This document shows, in pieces, positions 10,201-24,975 of a stretch of DNA of 64,000 bases. Position 1 is the stretch's first letter. Each line of letters starts with the position of its first letter. Made by a program: the position numbers and the translations under genes. The notes beneath the pieces are model-generated. The model did no database searches. It saw nothing but the letters and a program-made list of their open reading frames with translations, and was not told the origin of the DNA. Source of the stretch: Eledone cirrhosa (Eukaryota); contig OZ024742.1 of the NCBI GenBank assembly GCA_964016885.1, positions 373,798,001 to 373,862,000 on the forward strand. The letters run 5' to 3'.

Positions 10201-13200
10201 CACTATAGCCAATAAATCACATGTCCCCACTATAGCTAAGAAATCACATGTCTCCACTATAGCCAAGAAATCACATGTACCCACTATAGCCAAGAAATCA
10301 CATATCTCCACTATAGCCAAGAAATCACATGTCCCCACTATAGCCAAGAAATCACATGGTCCCACTATAGCTAAGAAATCACATGTCTCCACTATAGCCA
10401 AGAAATCACATGTCCCCACTATATCCAAGAAATCACATATCTCCACTATAGCCAAGAAATCACATGTCCCCACTATAGCCAAGAAATCACATATCTCCAC
10501 TATAGCCAAGAAATCACATGTCCCCACTATATCCAAGAAATCACATATCTCGACTATAGCCAAGAAATCACATGTCCCCACTATAGCCAAGAAATCACAT
10601 GTCTCCACTATAGCCAATAAATCACATGTCTCCACTATAGCCAAGAAATCACATATCTCCACTATAGCCACGAAATCACATGTCCCCACTATAGGCAAGA
10701 CATCACATGTCCCCACTATAGCCAATAAATCACATGTCCCCACTATAGCTAAGAAATCACATGTCTCCACTATAGCCAAGAAATCACATGTCCCCAGTAT
10801 ATCCAAGAAATCACATATCTCCACTGTAGACAAGAAATCACATGTCCCCACTATAGCCAAGAAATCACATGTCTATACTATAGCCAAGAAATCCCATGTC
10901 CCCACTATAGCCAAGAAATCTCATGTCTCCACTATAGCCAAGAAATCACATGTCCCCACTATAGCCAAGAAATCACATGTCCCCACTATAGCCAAGAAAT
11001 CACATATCTCCACTATAGCCAAGAAATCACATATCTCCACTATAGCCAAGAAATCACATGTCCCCACTATAGCCAAGAAATGACATGTCCTCACTATAGC
11101 CAAGAAATCACATGTCTCCACTATAGCCAAGAAATCACATGTCCCCATTATAGCCAAGAAATCACATGTCCCCACTATAGCCAAGAAATCACATGTTTCC
11201 ACTATAGCCAAGAAATCACATGTCTCTACTGTAGCCAAGAAATCACATGTCTCCACTATAGCCAAGAAATCACATATCTCCACTATAGCCACGAAATCAC
11301 ATGTCCCCACTATAGGCAAGACATCACATGTCCCCACTATAGCCAATAAATCACATGTCCCCACTATAGCTAAGAAATCACATGTCTCCACTATAGCCAA
11401 GAAATCACATGTCCCCACTATATCCAAGAAATCACATATCTCCACTGTAGACAAGAAATCACATGTCCCCACTATAGCCAAGAAATCACATGTCTATACT
11501 ATAGCCAAGATATCCCATGTCCCCACTATAGCCAAGAAATCTCATGTCTCCACTATAGCCAAGAAATCACATGTCCCCACTATAGCCAAGAAATCACATG
11601 TCCCCACTATAGCCAAGAAATCACATATCTCCACTATAGCCAAGAAATCACATATCTCCACTATAACCAAGAAATCACATGTCCCCACTATAGCCAAGAA
11701 ATCACATGTCCCCACTATAGCCAAGAAATCACATGTCTCCACTATAGCCAAGAAATCACATGTCCCCATTATAGCCAAGAAATCACATGTCCCCACTATA
11801 GCCAAGAAATCACATGTTTCCACTATAGCCAAGAAATCACATGTCTCTACTGTAGCCAAGAAATCACATGTCTCCACTATAGCCAAGAAATCACATGTCT
11901 CCACTATAGCCAAGAAATCACATGTCCCCACTATAGCCAAGAAATCACATGTCCCCACTATAGCCAAGAAATCACATGTCCCCACTATAGCCAAGAAATC
12001 TCATGTCTCCACTATAGCCAAGAAATCACATGTCCACACTATAGCCAAGAAATCACATGTCTCCAGTATAGCCAAGAAATCACATATCCCCACTATAGCC
12101 AAGAAATCACATATCTCCACTATAGCCAAGAAATCACATGTCCCCACTATAGCCAAGAAATCACATGTCTCCACTATAGCCAAGAAATCACATATCTCCA
12201 CTATAGCCAAGAAATCACATGTCCACACTATAGCCAATAAATCACATGTATCCACTATAGCCAAGAAATCACATATCTCCACTATAGCCAAGAAATCACA
12301 TGTCCCCACTATAGCCAAGAAATCACATGTCCCCACTATAGCCAAGAAATCACATATCTCCACTATAGCCAAGAAATCACATGTCCCCACTATAGCCAAG
12401 AAATCACATATCTCCACTATAGCCAAGAAATCACATGTCCCCACTATAGCCAAGAAATCACATGTCCCCACTATAGCCAAGAAATCACATATCTCCACTA
12501 TAGCCAAGAAATCACATGTCCCCACTATAGCCAAGAAATCACATATCTCCACTATAGCCAAGAAATCACATGTTCCCACTATAGCCAATAAATCACATGA
12601 CTCCACTATAGCCAAGAAATCACATGTCTCCACTATAGCCAAGAAATCACATGTCCCCACTATAGCCAAGAAATCACATGTTCACACTATAGCCAAGAAA
12701 TCACATGTCCCCACTATAGCCAAGAAATCACATGTTCACACTATAGCCAAGAAATCACATGTCCCCACTATAGCCAAGAAATCACATAGCCCCTGTATAG
12801 CCAAGAAATCACATATCTCCACTGTAGCCAAGAAATCACATGTCCCCACTATAGCCAAGAAATCACATATCTCCAATATAGCCAAGAAATCACATTTCCC
12901 ACTATAGCCAAGAAATCACGGGTCTCCACTATAGCCAAGAAATCACATGTCCCCACTATAGTCAAGAAATCACATATCTCCACTATAGCCAAGAAATCAC
13001 ATGTCCCCACTATAGCCAAGAAATCACATGTCTCAACTATAGCCAAGAAATCACATGTCCCCACTACAGCCAAGAAATCACATATCTCCACTATAGCCAA
13101 GAAATGGCATGTCCCCACTATAGCCAAGAAATCACATGTCCCCACTATAGCCAAGAAATCACGTCTCCACTATAGCCTAGAAATCACATGTCTCCACTAT

Positions 13201-16200
13201 AGCTAAGTAATCGCATGTCCCCACTATAGCCAAGAAATCTCATGTCTCCACTATAGCCAAGAAATCACATGTCCCCACTATAGCCAAGAAATCACATATC
13301 TCCACTATAGCCAAGAAATCACATGTCCCCACTATAGCCAAGAAATCACATGTCCCCACTATAGCTAAGAAATCACATGTCTCCACTATAGCCAAGAATT
13401 CACATGTCCCCACTATATCCAAGAAATCACATATCTCCACTATAGCCAAGAAATCACATGTCCCCACTATATACAAGAAATCACATATCTCCACTATAGC
13501 CAAGAAATCACATGTCCCCACTATAGCCAAGAAATCACATGTCTCCACTATAGCCAAGAAATCACAAATCTCCACTATAGCCAATAAATCACATGTCTCC
13601 ACTATAGCCAAGAAATCACATGTCCCCACTATAGCCAAGAAATCACATGTCTCCACTATAGCCAAGAAATCACATATCTCCACTATAGCCAAGAAATCAC
13701 ATGTCCCCACTATAGCCAAGAAATCACATGTCTCCACTATAGCCAAGAAATCACATGTCCCCACTATAGCCAAGAAATCACATATCTCCACTATTTCCAA
13801 GAAATCACATGTCCCCACTATAGCCAAGAAATCACATGTCTCCACTATAGCCAAGAAATTACATATCCCCGCTATAGCCAAGAAATAACATGTCTCCACT
13901 ATAGCCAAGAAATCACATATCCCCACTATAGCCAAGAAATCACATGTCTCCACTATAGCCAAGAAATCACAGGTTCCCACTATAGCCAAGAAATCAGATG
14001 TCTCCACTATAGTCAAGAAATCACATATCTCCACTATAGCCAAGAAATCACATGTCCACACTATATCCAAGAAATCACATATCTCCACTAGAGCCAAGAA
14101 ATCACATGTCCCCACTATAGCCAAGAAATCACATGTCTCCACTATAGCCAAGAAATCACATATCTCCACTATAGCCAATAAATCACATGTCTCCACTATA
14201 GCCAAGAAATCACATGTCCCCACTATAGCCAAGAAATCTCATGTCTCCACTATAGCCAAGAAATCACATGTCCCCACTATAGCCAAGAAATCACATGTCC
14301 CCACTATAGCCAAGAAATCACATATCTCCACTATAGACAAGAAATCACATATCTCCACTATAGCCAAGAAATCACATGTCCCAACTATAGCCAAGAAATC
14401 ACATGTCCCCACTATAGACAAGAAATCACATGTCTCCACTATACCCAAGAAATCACATATCTCCACTATAGCCAAGAAATCACATATCTCCACCATATCC
14501 AAGAAATCACATGTCCCCACTATAGCCAAGAAATCACATGTCTCCACTATAGCCAAGAAATTACATATCCCCGCTATAGCCAAGAAATCACATGTCTCCA
14601 CTATAGCCAAGAAATCACATGTCCCCACTATAGCCAAGAAATCACATATCTCCACGATAGCTAAGAAATCACATGTCCCCACTATAGCCAAGAATTCACA
14701 TATCTCCACTATAGCCAACAAATCACATGTCCCCACAATAGCCAAGAAATCACATGTCTCCACTATAGCCAAAAAATCACATGTCCCCATTATAGCCAAG
14801 AAATCACATATCTCCACTATAGCCAAGAAATCATATGTCCACACTATAGCCAAGAAATCACATATCTCCACTATAGCCAAGAAATCACATGTCCCCTCTA
14901 TAGCCAAGAAATCACATACCTCCACTATAGCCAAGAGATCACATATCCCCACTATAGCCAAGAAATCTCATGTCTCCACTATAGCCAAGAAATCACAGGT
15001 CCCCACTATAGCCAAGAAATCACATGTCCCCACTATAGCCAAGAAATCACATGTCCACACTATAGCCAAGAAATCACATGTATCCACTATAGCCAAGAAA
15101 TCACATATCTCCACTATAGACAAGAAATCACATGTCCCCACTATAGCCAATAAATCACATGTCCCCACTATAGCTAAGAAATCACATGTCTCCACTATAG
15201 CCAAGAAATCACATGTACCCACTATAGCCAAGAAATCACATATCTCCACTATAGCCAAGAAATCACATGTCCCCACTATAGCCAAGAAATCACATGGTCC
15301 CACTATAGCTAAGAAATCACATGTCTCCACTATAGCCAAGAAATCACATGTCCCCACTATATCCAAGAAATCACATATCTCCACTATAGCCAAGAAATCA
15401 CATGTCCCCACTATAGCCAAGAAATCACATATCTCCACTATAGCCAAGAAATCACATGTCCCCACTATATCCAAGAAATCACATATCTCGACTATAGCCA
15501 AGAAATCACATGTCCCCACTATAGCCAAGAAATCACATGTCTCCACTATAGCCAATGAATCACATGTCTCCACTATAGCCAAGAAATCACATATCTCCAC
15601 TATAGCCACGAAATCACATGTCCCCACTATAGGCAAGACATCACATGTCCCCACTATAGCCAATAAATCACATGTCCCCACTATAGCTAAGAAATCACAT
15701 GTCTCCACTATAGCCAAGAAATCACATGTCCCCAGTATATCCAAGAAATCACATATCTCCACTGTAGACAAGAAATCACATGTCCCCACTATAGCCAAGA
15801 AATCACATGTCTATACTATAGCCAAGAAATCCCATGTCCCCACTATAGCCAAGAAATCTCATGTCTCCACTATAGCCAAGAAATCACATGTCCCCACTAT
15901 AGCCAAGAAATCACATGTCCCCACTATAGCCAAGAAATCACATATCTCCACTATAGCCAAGAAATCACATATCTCCACTATAGCCAAGAAATCACATGTC
16001 CCCACTATAGCCAAGAAATCACATGTCCCCACTATAGCCAAGAAATCACATGTCTCCACTATAGCCAAGAAATCACATGTCCCCATTATAGCCAAGAAAT
16101 CACATGTCCCCACTATAGCCAAGAAATCACATGTTTCCACTATAGCCAAGAAATCACATGTCTCTACTGTAGCCAAGAAATCACATGTCTCCACTATAGC

Positions 16201-17100
16201 CAAGAAATCACATATCTCCACTATAGCCACGAAATCACATGTCCCCACTATAGGCAAGACATCACATGTCCCCACTATAGCCAATAAATCACATGTCCCC
16301 ACTATAGCTAAGAAATCACATGTCTCCACTATAGCCAAGAAATCACATGTCCCCACTATATCCAAGAAATCACATATCTCCACTGTAGACAAGAAATCAC
16401 ATGTCCCCACTATAGCCAAGAAATCACATGTCTATACTATAGCCAAGATATCCCATGTCCCCACTATAGCCAAGAAATCTCATGTCTCCACTATAGCCAA
16501 GAAATCACATGTCCCCACTATAGCCAAGAAATCACATGTCCCCACTATAGCCAAGAAATCACATATCTCCACTATAGCCAAGAAATCACATATCTCCACT
16601 ATAACCAAGAAATCACATGTCCCCACTATAGCCAAGAAATCACATGTCCCCACTATAGCCAAGAAATCACATGTCTCCACTATAGCCAAGAAATCACATG
16701 TCCCCATTATAGCCAAGAAATCACATGTCCCCACTATAGCCAAGAAATCACATGTTTCCACTATAGCCAAGAAATCACATGTCTCTACTGTAGCCAAGAA
16801 ATCACATGTCTCCACTATAGCCAAGAAATCACATGTCTCCACTATAGCCAAGAAATCACATGTCCCCACTATAGCCAAGAAATCACATGTCCCCACTATA
16901 GCCAAGAAATCACATGTCCCCACTATAGCCAAGAAATCTCATGTCTCCACTATAGCCAAGAAATCACATGTCCACACTATAGCCAAGAAATCACATGTCT
17001 CCAGTATAGCCAAGAAATCACATATCCCCACTATAGCCAAGAAATCACATATCTCCACTATAGCCAAGAAATCACATGTCCCCACTATAGCCAAGAAATC
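7300..17100. repeat. Tandem duplication of about 4.9 kb (182-183 units)
   Basis: Matching ORF-track blocks are offset by 4911 (7938/12849, 8329/13240, 9328/14239), then 4938 (10030/14968, 10921/15859, 11542/16480). The -1/-2 indel pair is shared. Ends approximate. Confidence 0.9.
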
Positions 17101-20100
17101 ACATGTTCCCACTATAGCCGAGAAATCACATATCTCCACTATAGCCAAGAAATCACATGTGCCCACTATAGCCAAGAAATCACATATCTCCACTATAGCC
17201 AAGAAATCACATGTTCCCACTATAGCCAATAAATCACATGAGTCCACTATAGCCAAGAAATCACATGTCTCCACTATAGCCAAGAAATCACATGTCCCCA
17301 CTATAGCCAAGAAATCACATGTCCACACTATAGCCAAGAAATCACATGTCTCCACTATAGCCAAGAAATCACATATCTCCACTATAGCCAAGAAATCACA
17401 TGTCCCTACTATAGCCAAGAAATCACAGGTCTCCACTATAGCCAAGAAATCACATGTCCCCACTATAGCCAAGAAATCACATGTCTCCACTATAGCCAAG
17501 AACTCACATATCCCCTGTATAGCCAAGAAATCACATATCTCCACTGTAGCCAAGAAATCACATGTCCCCACTATAGCCAAGAAATCACATATCTCCACTA
17601 TAGCCAAGAAATCACATGTCCCCACTATAGCCAAGAAATCACATGTCTCCACTATAGCCAAGAAATCACAGGTCTCCACTATAGCCAAGAAATCACATGT
17701 CTCCACTATAGCCAAGAAATCACATGTCTCCACTATAGCCAAGAAATCACAGGTCTCCACTATAGCCAAGAAATCACATGTCTCCACTATAGCCAAGAAA
17801 TCACATGTGCCCACTATAGCCAAGAAATCACATATCTCCACTGTAGCCAAGAAATCACATGTCCCCACTATAGCCAAGAAATCACATGTCTCCACTATAG
17901 CCAAGAAATCACATGTCTCCACTATAGCCAAGAAATCACATATCTCCACTATAGCCAAGAAATCACATGTCCCCACTATAGCCAAGACATCACATGTCCC
18001 CACTATAGCCAATAAATCACATGTCCCCACTATAGCTAAGAAATCACATGTCTCCACTATAGACAAGAAATCACATGTACCCACTATAGCCAAGAAATCA
18101 CATATCTCCACTATAGCCAAGAAATCACATGTCCCCACTATAGCCAAGAAATCACATGGTCCCACTATAGCCAAGAAATCACATGTCCCCACTATATCCA
18201 AGAAATCACATATCTCCACTATAGCCAATAAATCACATGTCTCCACTATAGCCAAGAAATTACATATCTCCACTATAGACAAGAAATCACATGTCCCCAC
18301 TATAGGCAAGACATCACATGTCCCCACTATAGCCAATAAATCACATGTCCCCACTATAGCTAAGAAATCACATGTCTCCACTATAGCCAAGAAATCACAT
18401 GTCCCCACTATATCCAAGAAATCACATGTCCCCACTATAGCCAAGAAATCACATGTCTATACTATAGCCAAGAAATCCAATGTCCCCACTATAGCCAAGA
18501 AATCTCATGTCTCCACTATAGCCAAGAAATCACATGTCCCCACTATAGCCAAGAAATCACATGTCCCTACTATAGCCAAGAAATCACATGTCCCCACTAT
18601 AGCCAAGAAATCTCATGTCTCCACTATAGCCAAGAAATCACATGTCCCCACTATAGCCAAGAAATCACATGTCTCCACTATAGCCAAGAAATCACATATC
18701 CCCACTATAGCCAAGAAATCACATATCTCCACTATAGCCAAGAAATCACATGTCCCCACTATAGCCAAGAAATCACATGTCCCCACTATAGCCGAGAAAT
18801 CACATATCTCCACTATAGCCAAGAAATCACATGTGCCCACTATAGCCAAGAAATCACATATCTCCACTATAGCCAAGAAATCACATGTTCCCACTATAGC
18901 CAATAAATCACATGAGTCCACTATAGCCAAGAAATCACATGTCTCCACTATAGCCAAGAAATCACATGTCCCCACTATAGCCAAGAAATCACATGTCCAC
19001 ACTATAGCCAAGAAATCACATGTCTCCACTATAGCCAAGAAATCACATATCTCCACTATAGCCAAGAAATCACAGGTCTCCACTATAGCCAAGACCTCAC
19101 ATGTCCCCACTATAGCCAAGAAATCACATGTCTCCACTATAGCCAAGAAATCATATATCCCCTGTATAGCCAAGAAATCACATATCTCCACTGTAGCCAA
19201 GAAATCACATGTCCCCACTATAGCCAAGAAATCACATATCTCCACTATAGCCAAGAAATCACATGTCCCCACTATAGCCAAGAAATCACATGTCTCCACT
19301 ATAGCCAAGAAATCACAGGTCTCCAGTATAGCCAAGAAATCACATGTCCCCACTATAGCCAAGAGATCACATATCTCCACTATAGCCAAGAAATCACATA
19401 TCTCCACTATAGCCAAGAAATCACATGTCCCCACTATAGCCAAGAAATCTCATGTCTCCACTATAGCCAAGAAATCACATGTCCCCACTATAGCCAAGAA
19501 ATCACATGTCTCCACTATAGCCAAGAAATCACATATCCCCACTATAGCCAAGAAATCACATATCTCCACTATAGCCAAGAAATCACATGTCCCCACTATA
19601 GCCAAGAAATCACATGTCCCCACTATAGCCGAGAAATCACATATCTCGACTATAGCCAAGAAATCACATGTCCCCACTATAGCCAAGAAATCACATGTCT
19701 CCACTATAGCCAAGAAATCACATATCTCCACTATAGCCAATAAATCACATGTCTCCACTATAGCCAAGAAATCACATATCTCCACTATAGCCACGAAATC
19801 ACATGTCCCCACTATAGGCAAGACATCACATGTCCCCACTATAGCCAATAAATCACATGTCCCCACTATAGCTAAGAAATCACATGTCTCCACTATAGCC
19901 AAGAAATCACATGTCCCCACTATAGCCAAGAAATCACATGTCCCCACTATAGGCAAGACATCACATGTCCCCACTATAGCCAATAAATCACATGTCCCCA
20001 CTATAGCTAAGAAATCACATGTCTCCACTATAGCCAAGAAATCACATGTCCCCACTATATCCAAGAAATCACATATCTCCACTATAGCCAAGAAATCACA

Positions 20101-20549
20101 TGTCCCCACTATAGCCAAGAAATCACATGTCTATACTATAGCCAAGAAATCCAATGTCCCCACTATAGCCAAGAAATCTCATGTCTCCACTATAGCCAAG
20201 AAATCACATGTCCCCACTATAGCCAAGAAATCACATGTCCCTACTATAGCCAAGAAATCACATGTCCCCACTATAGCCAAGAAATCTCATGTCTCCACTA
20301 TAGCCAAGAAGTCACATGTCCCCACTATAGCCAAGAAATCACATGTCTCCACTATAGCCAAGAAATCACATATCCCCACTATAGCCAAGAAATCACATAT
20401 CTCCACTATAGCCAAGAAATCACATGTCCCCACTATAGCCAAGAAATCACATGTCCCCACTATAGCCGAGAAATCACATATCTCCACGATAGCTAAGAAA
20501 TCACATGTCCCCACTATAGCCAAGAAATCACATATCTCCACGATAGCTA

Positions 20550-23500
20550 AGAAATCACATGTCCCCATTATAGCCAAGAAATCACATATCTCCACTATAG
20601 CCAAGAAATCATATGTCCACACTATAGCCAAGAAATCACATATCTCCACTATAGCCAAGAAATCACATGTCCCCTCTATAGCCAAGAAATCACATACCTC
20701 CACTATAGCCAAGAGATCACATATCCCCACTATAGCCAAGAAATCTCATGTCTCCACTATAGCCAAGAAATCACAGGTCCCCACTATAGCCAAGAAATCA
20801 CATGTCCCCACTATAGCCAAGAAATCACATGTCCACACTATAGCCAAGAAATCACATGTATCCACTATAGCCAAGAAATCACATATCTCCACTATAGACA
20901 AGAAATCACATGTCCCCACTATAGCCAATAAATCACATGTCCCCACTATAGCTAAGAAATCACATGTCTCCACTATAGCCAAGAAATCACATGTACCCAC
21001 TATAGCCAAGAAATCACATATCTCCACTATAGCCAAGAAATCACATGTCCCCACTATAGCCAAGAAATCACATGGTCCCACTATAGCTAAGAAATCACAT
21101 GTCTCCACTATAGCCAAGAAATCACATGTCCCCACTATATCCAAGAAATCACATATCTCCACTATAGCCAAGAAATCACATGTCCCCACTATAGCCAAGA
21201 AATCACATATCTCCACTATAGCCAAGAAATCACATGTCCCCACTATATCCAAGAAATCACATATCTCGACTATAGCCAAGAAATCACATGTCCCCACTAT
21301 AGCCAAGAAATCACATGTCTCCACTATAGCCAATAAATCACATGTCTCCACTATAGCCAAGAAATCACATATCTCCACTATAGCCACGAAATCACATGTC
21401 CCCACTATAGGCAAGACATCACATGTCCCCACTATAGCCAATAAATCACATGTCCCCACTATAGCTAAGAAATCACATGTCTCCACTATAGCCAAGAAAT
21501 CACATGTCCCCAGTATATCCAAGAAATCACATATCTCCACTGTAGACAAGAAATCACATGTCCCCACTATAGCCAAGAAATCACATGTCTATACTATAGC
21601 CAAGAAATCCCATGTCCCCTCTATAGCCAAGAAATCTCATGTCTCCACTATAGCCAAGAAATCACATGTCCCCACTATAGCCAAGAAATCACATGTCCCC
21701 ACTATAGCCAAGAAATCACATATCTCCACTATAGCCAAGAAATCACATATCTCCACTATAGCCAAGAAATCACATGTCCCCACTATAGCCAAGAAATCAC
21801 ATGTCCCCACTATAGCCAAGAAATCACATGTCTCCACTATAGCCAAGAAATCACATGTCCCCATTATAGCCAAGAAATCACATGTCCCCACTATAGCCAA
21901 GAAATCACATGTTTCCACTATAGCCAAGAAATCACATGTCTCTACTGTAGCCAAGAAATCACATGTCTCCACTATAGCCAAGAAATCACATACCTCCACT
22001 ATAGCCACGAAATCACATGTCCCCACTATAGGCAAGACATCACATGTCCCCACTATAGCCAATAAATCACATGTCCCCACTATAGCTAAGAAATCACATG
22101 TCTCCACTATAGCCAAGAAATCACATGTCCCCACTATATCCAAGAAATCACATATCTCCACTGTAGACAAGAAATCACATGTCCCCACTATAGCCAAGAA
22201 ATCACATGTCTATACTATAGCCAAGATATCCCATGTCCCCACTATAGCCAAGAAATCTCATGTCTCCACTATAGCCAAGAAATCACATGTCCCCACTATA
22301 GCCAAGAAATCACATGTCCCCACTATAGCCAAGAAATCACATATCTCCACTATAGCCAAGAAATCACATATCTCCACTATAACCAAGAAATCACATGTCC
22401 CCACTATAGCCAAGAAATCACATGTCCCCACTATAGCCAAGAAATCACATGTCTCCACTATAGCCAAGAAATCACATGTCCCCATTATAGCCAAGAAATC
22501 ACATGTCCCCACTATAGCCAAGAAATCACATGTTTCCACTATAGCCAAGAAATCACATGTCTCTACTGTAGCCAAGAAATCACATGTCTCCACTATAGCC
22601 AAGAAATCACATGTCTCCACTATAGCCAAGAAATCACATGTCCCCACTATAGCCAAGAAATCACATGTCCCCACTATAGCCAAGAAATCACATGTCCCCA
22701 CTATAGCCAAGAAATCTCATGTCTCCACTATAGCCAAGAAATCACATGTCCACACTATAGACAAGAAATCACATGTCCCCATTATAGCCAAGAAATCACA
22801 TATCTCCACTATAGCCAAGAAATCATATGTCCACACTATAGCCAAGAAATCACATATCTCCACTATAGCCAAGAAATCACATGTCCCCTCTATAGCCAAG
22901 AAATCACATACCTCCACTATAGCCAAGAGATCACATATCCCCACTATAGCCAAGAAATCTCATGTCTCCACTATAGCCAAGAAATCACAGGTCCCCACTA
23001 TAGCCAAGAAATCACATGTCCCCACTATAGCCAAGAAATCACATGTCCACACTATAGCCAAGAAATCACATGTATCCACTATAGCCAAGAAATCACATAT
23101 CTCCACTATAGACAAGAAATCACATGTCCCCACTATAGCCAATAAATCACATGTCCCCACTATAGCTAAGAAATCACATGTCTCCACTATAGCCAAGAAA
23201 TCACATGTACCCACTATAGCCAAGAAATCACATATCTCCACTATAGCCAAGAAATCACATGTCCCCACTATAGCCAAGAAATCACATGGTCCCACTATAG
23301 CTAAGAAATCACATGTCTCCACTATAGCCAAGAAATCACATGTCCCCACTATATCCAAGAAATCACATATCTCCACTATAGCCAAGAAATCACATGTCCC
23401 CACTATAGCCAAGAAATCACATATCTCCACTATAGCCAAGAAATCACATGTCCCCACTATATCCAAGAAATCACATATCTCGACTATAGCCAAGAAATCA

Positions 23501-24975
23501 CATGTCCCCACTATAGCCAAGAAATCACATGTCTCCACTATAGCCAATAAATCACATGTCTCCACTATAGCCAAGAAATCACATATCTCCACTATAGCCA
23601 CGAAATCACATGTCCCCACTATAGGCAAGACATCACATGTCCCCACTATAGCCAATAAATCACATGTCCCCACTATAGCTAAGAAATCACATGTCTCCAC
23701 TATAGCCAAGAAATCACATGTCCCCAGTATATCCAAGAAATCACATATCTCCACTGTAGACAAGAAATCACATGTCCCCACTATAGCCAAGAAATCACAT
23801 GTCTATACTATAGCCAAGAAATCCCATGTCCCCACTATAGCCAAGAAATCTCATGTCTCCACTATAGCCAAGAAATCACATGTCCCCACTATAGCCAAGA
23901 AATCACATGTCCCCACTATAGCCAAGAAATCACATATCTCCACTATAGCCAAGAAATCACATATCTCCACTATAGCCAAGAAATCACATGTCCCCACTAT
24001 AGCCAAGAAATCACATGTCCCCACTATAGCCAAGAAATCACATGTCTCCACTATAGCCAAGAAATCACATGTCCCCATTATAGCCAAGAAATCACATGTC
24101 CCCACTATAGCCAAGAAATCACATGTTTCCACTATAGCCAAGAAATCACATGTCTCTACTGTAGCCAAGAAATCACATGTCTCCACTATAGCCAAGAAAT
24201 CACATATCTCCACTATAGCCACGAAATCACATGTCCCCACTATAGGCAAGACATCACATGTCCCCACTATAGCCAATAAATCACATGTCCCCACTATAGC
24301 TAAGAAATCACATGTCTCCACTATAGCCAAGAAATCACATGTCCCCACTATATCCAAGAAATCACATATCTCCACTGTAGACAAGAAATCACATGTCCCC
24401 ACTATAGCCAAGAAATCACATGTCTATACTATAGCCAAGATATCCCATGTCCCCACTATAGCCAAGAAATCTCATGTCTCCACTATAGCCAAGAAATCAC
24501 ATGTCCCCACTATAGCCAAGAAATCACATGTCCCCACTATAGCCAAGAAATCACATATCTCCACTATAGCCAAGAAATCACATATCTCCACTATAACCAA
24601 GAAATCACATGTCCCCACTATAGCCAAGAAATCACATGTCCCCACTATAGCCAAGAAATCACATGTCTCCACTATAGCCAAGAAATCACATGTCCCCATT
24701 ATAGCCAAGAAATCACATGTCCCCACTATAGCCAAGAAATCACATGTTTCCACTATAGCCAAGAAATCACATGTCTCTACTGTAGCCAAGAAATCACATG
24801 TCTCCACTATAGCCAAGAAATCACATGTCTCCACTATAGCCAAGAAATCACATGTCCCCACTATAGCCAAGAAATCACATGTCCCCACTATAGCCAAGAA
24901 ATCACATGTCCCCACTATAGCCAAGAAATCTCATGTCTCCACTATAGCCAAGAAATCACATGTCCACACTATAGC
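20550..24975. repeat. Tandem duplication of 2,214 bp (82 units)
   Basis: Offsets 20746/22960, 21637/23851 and 22258/24472 all equal 2214. Ends approximate. Confidence 0.9.
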
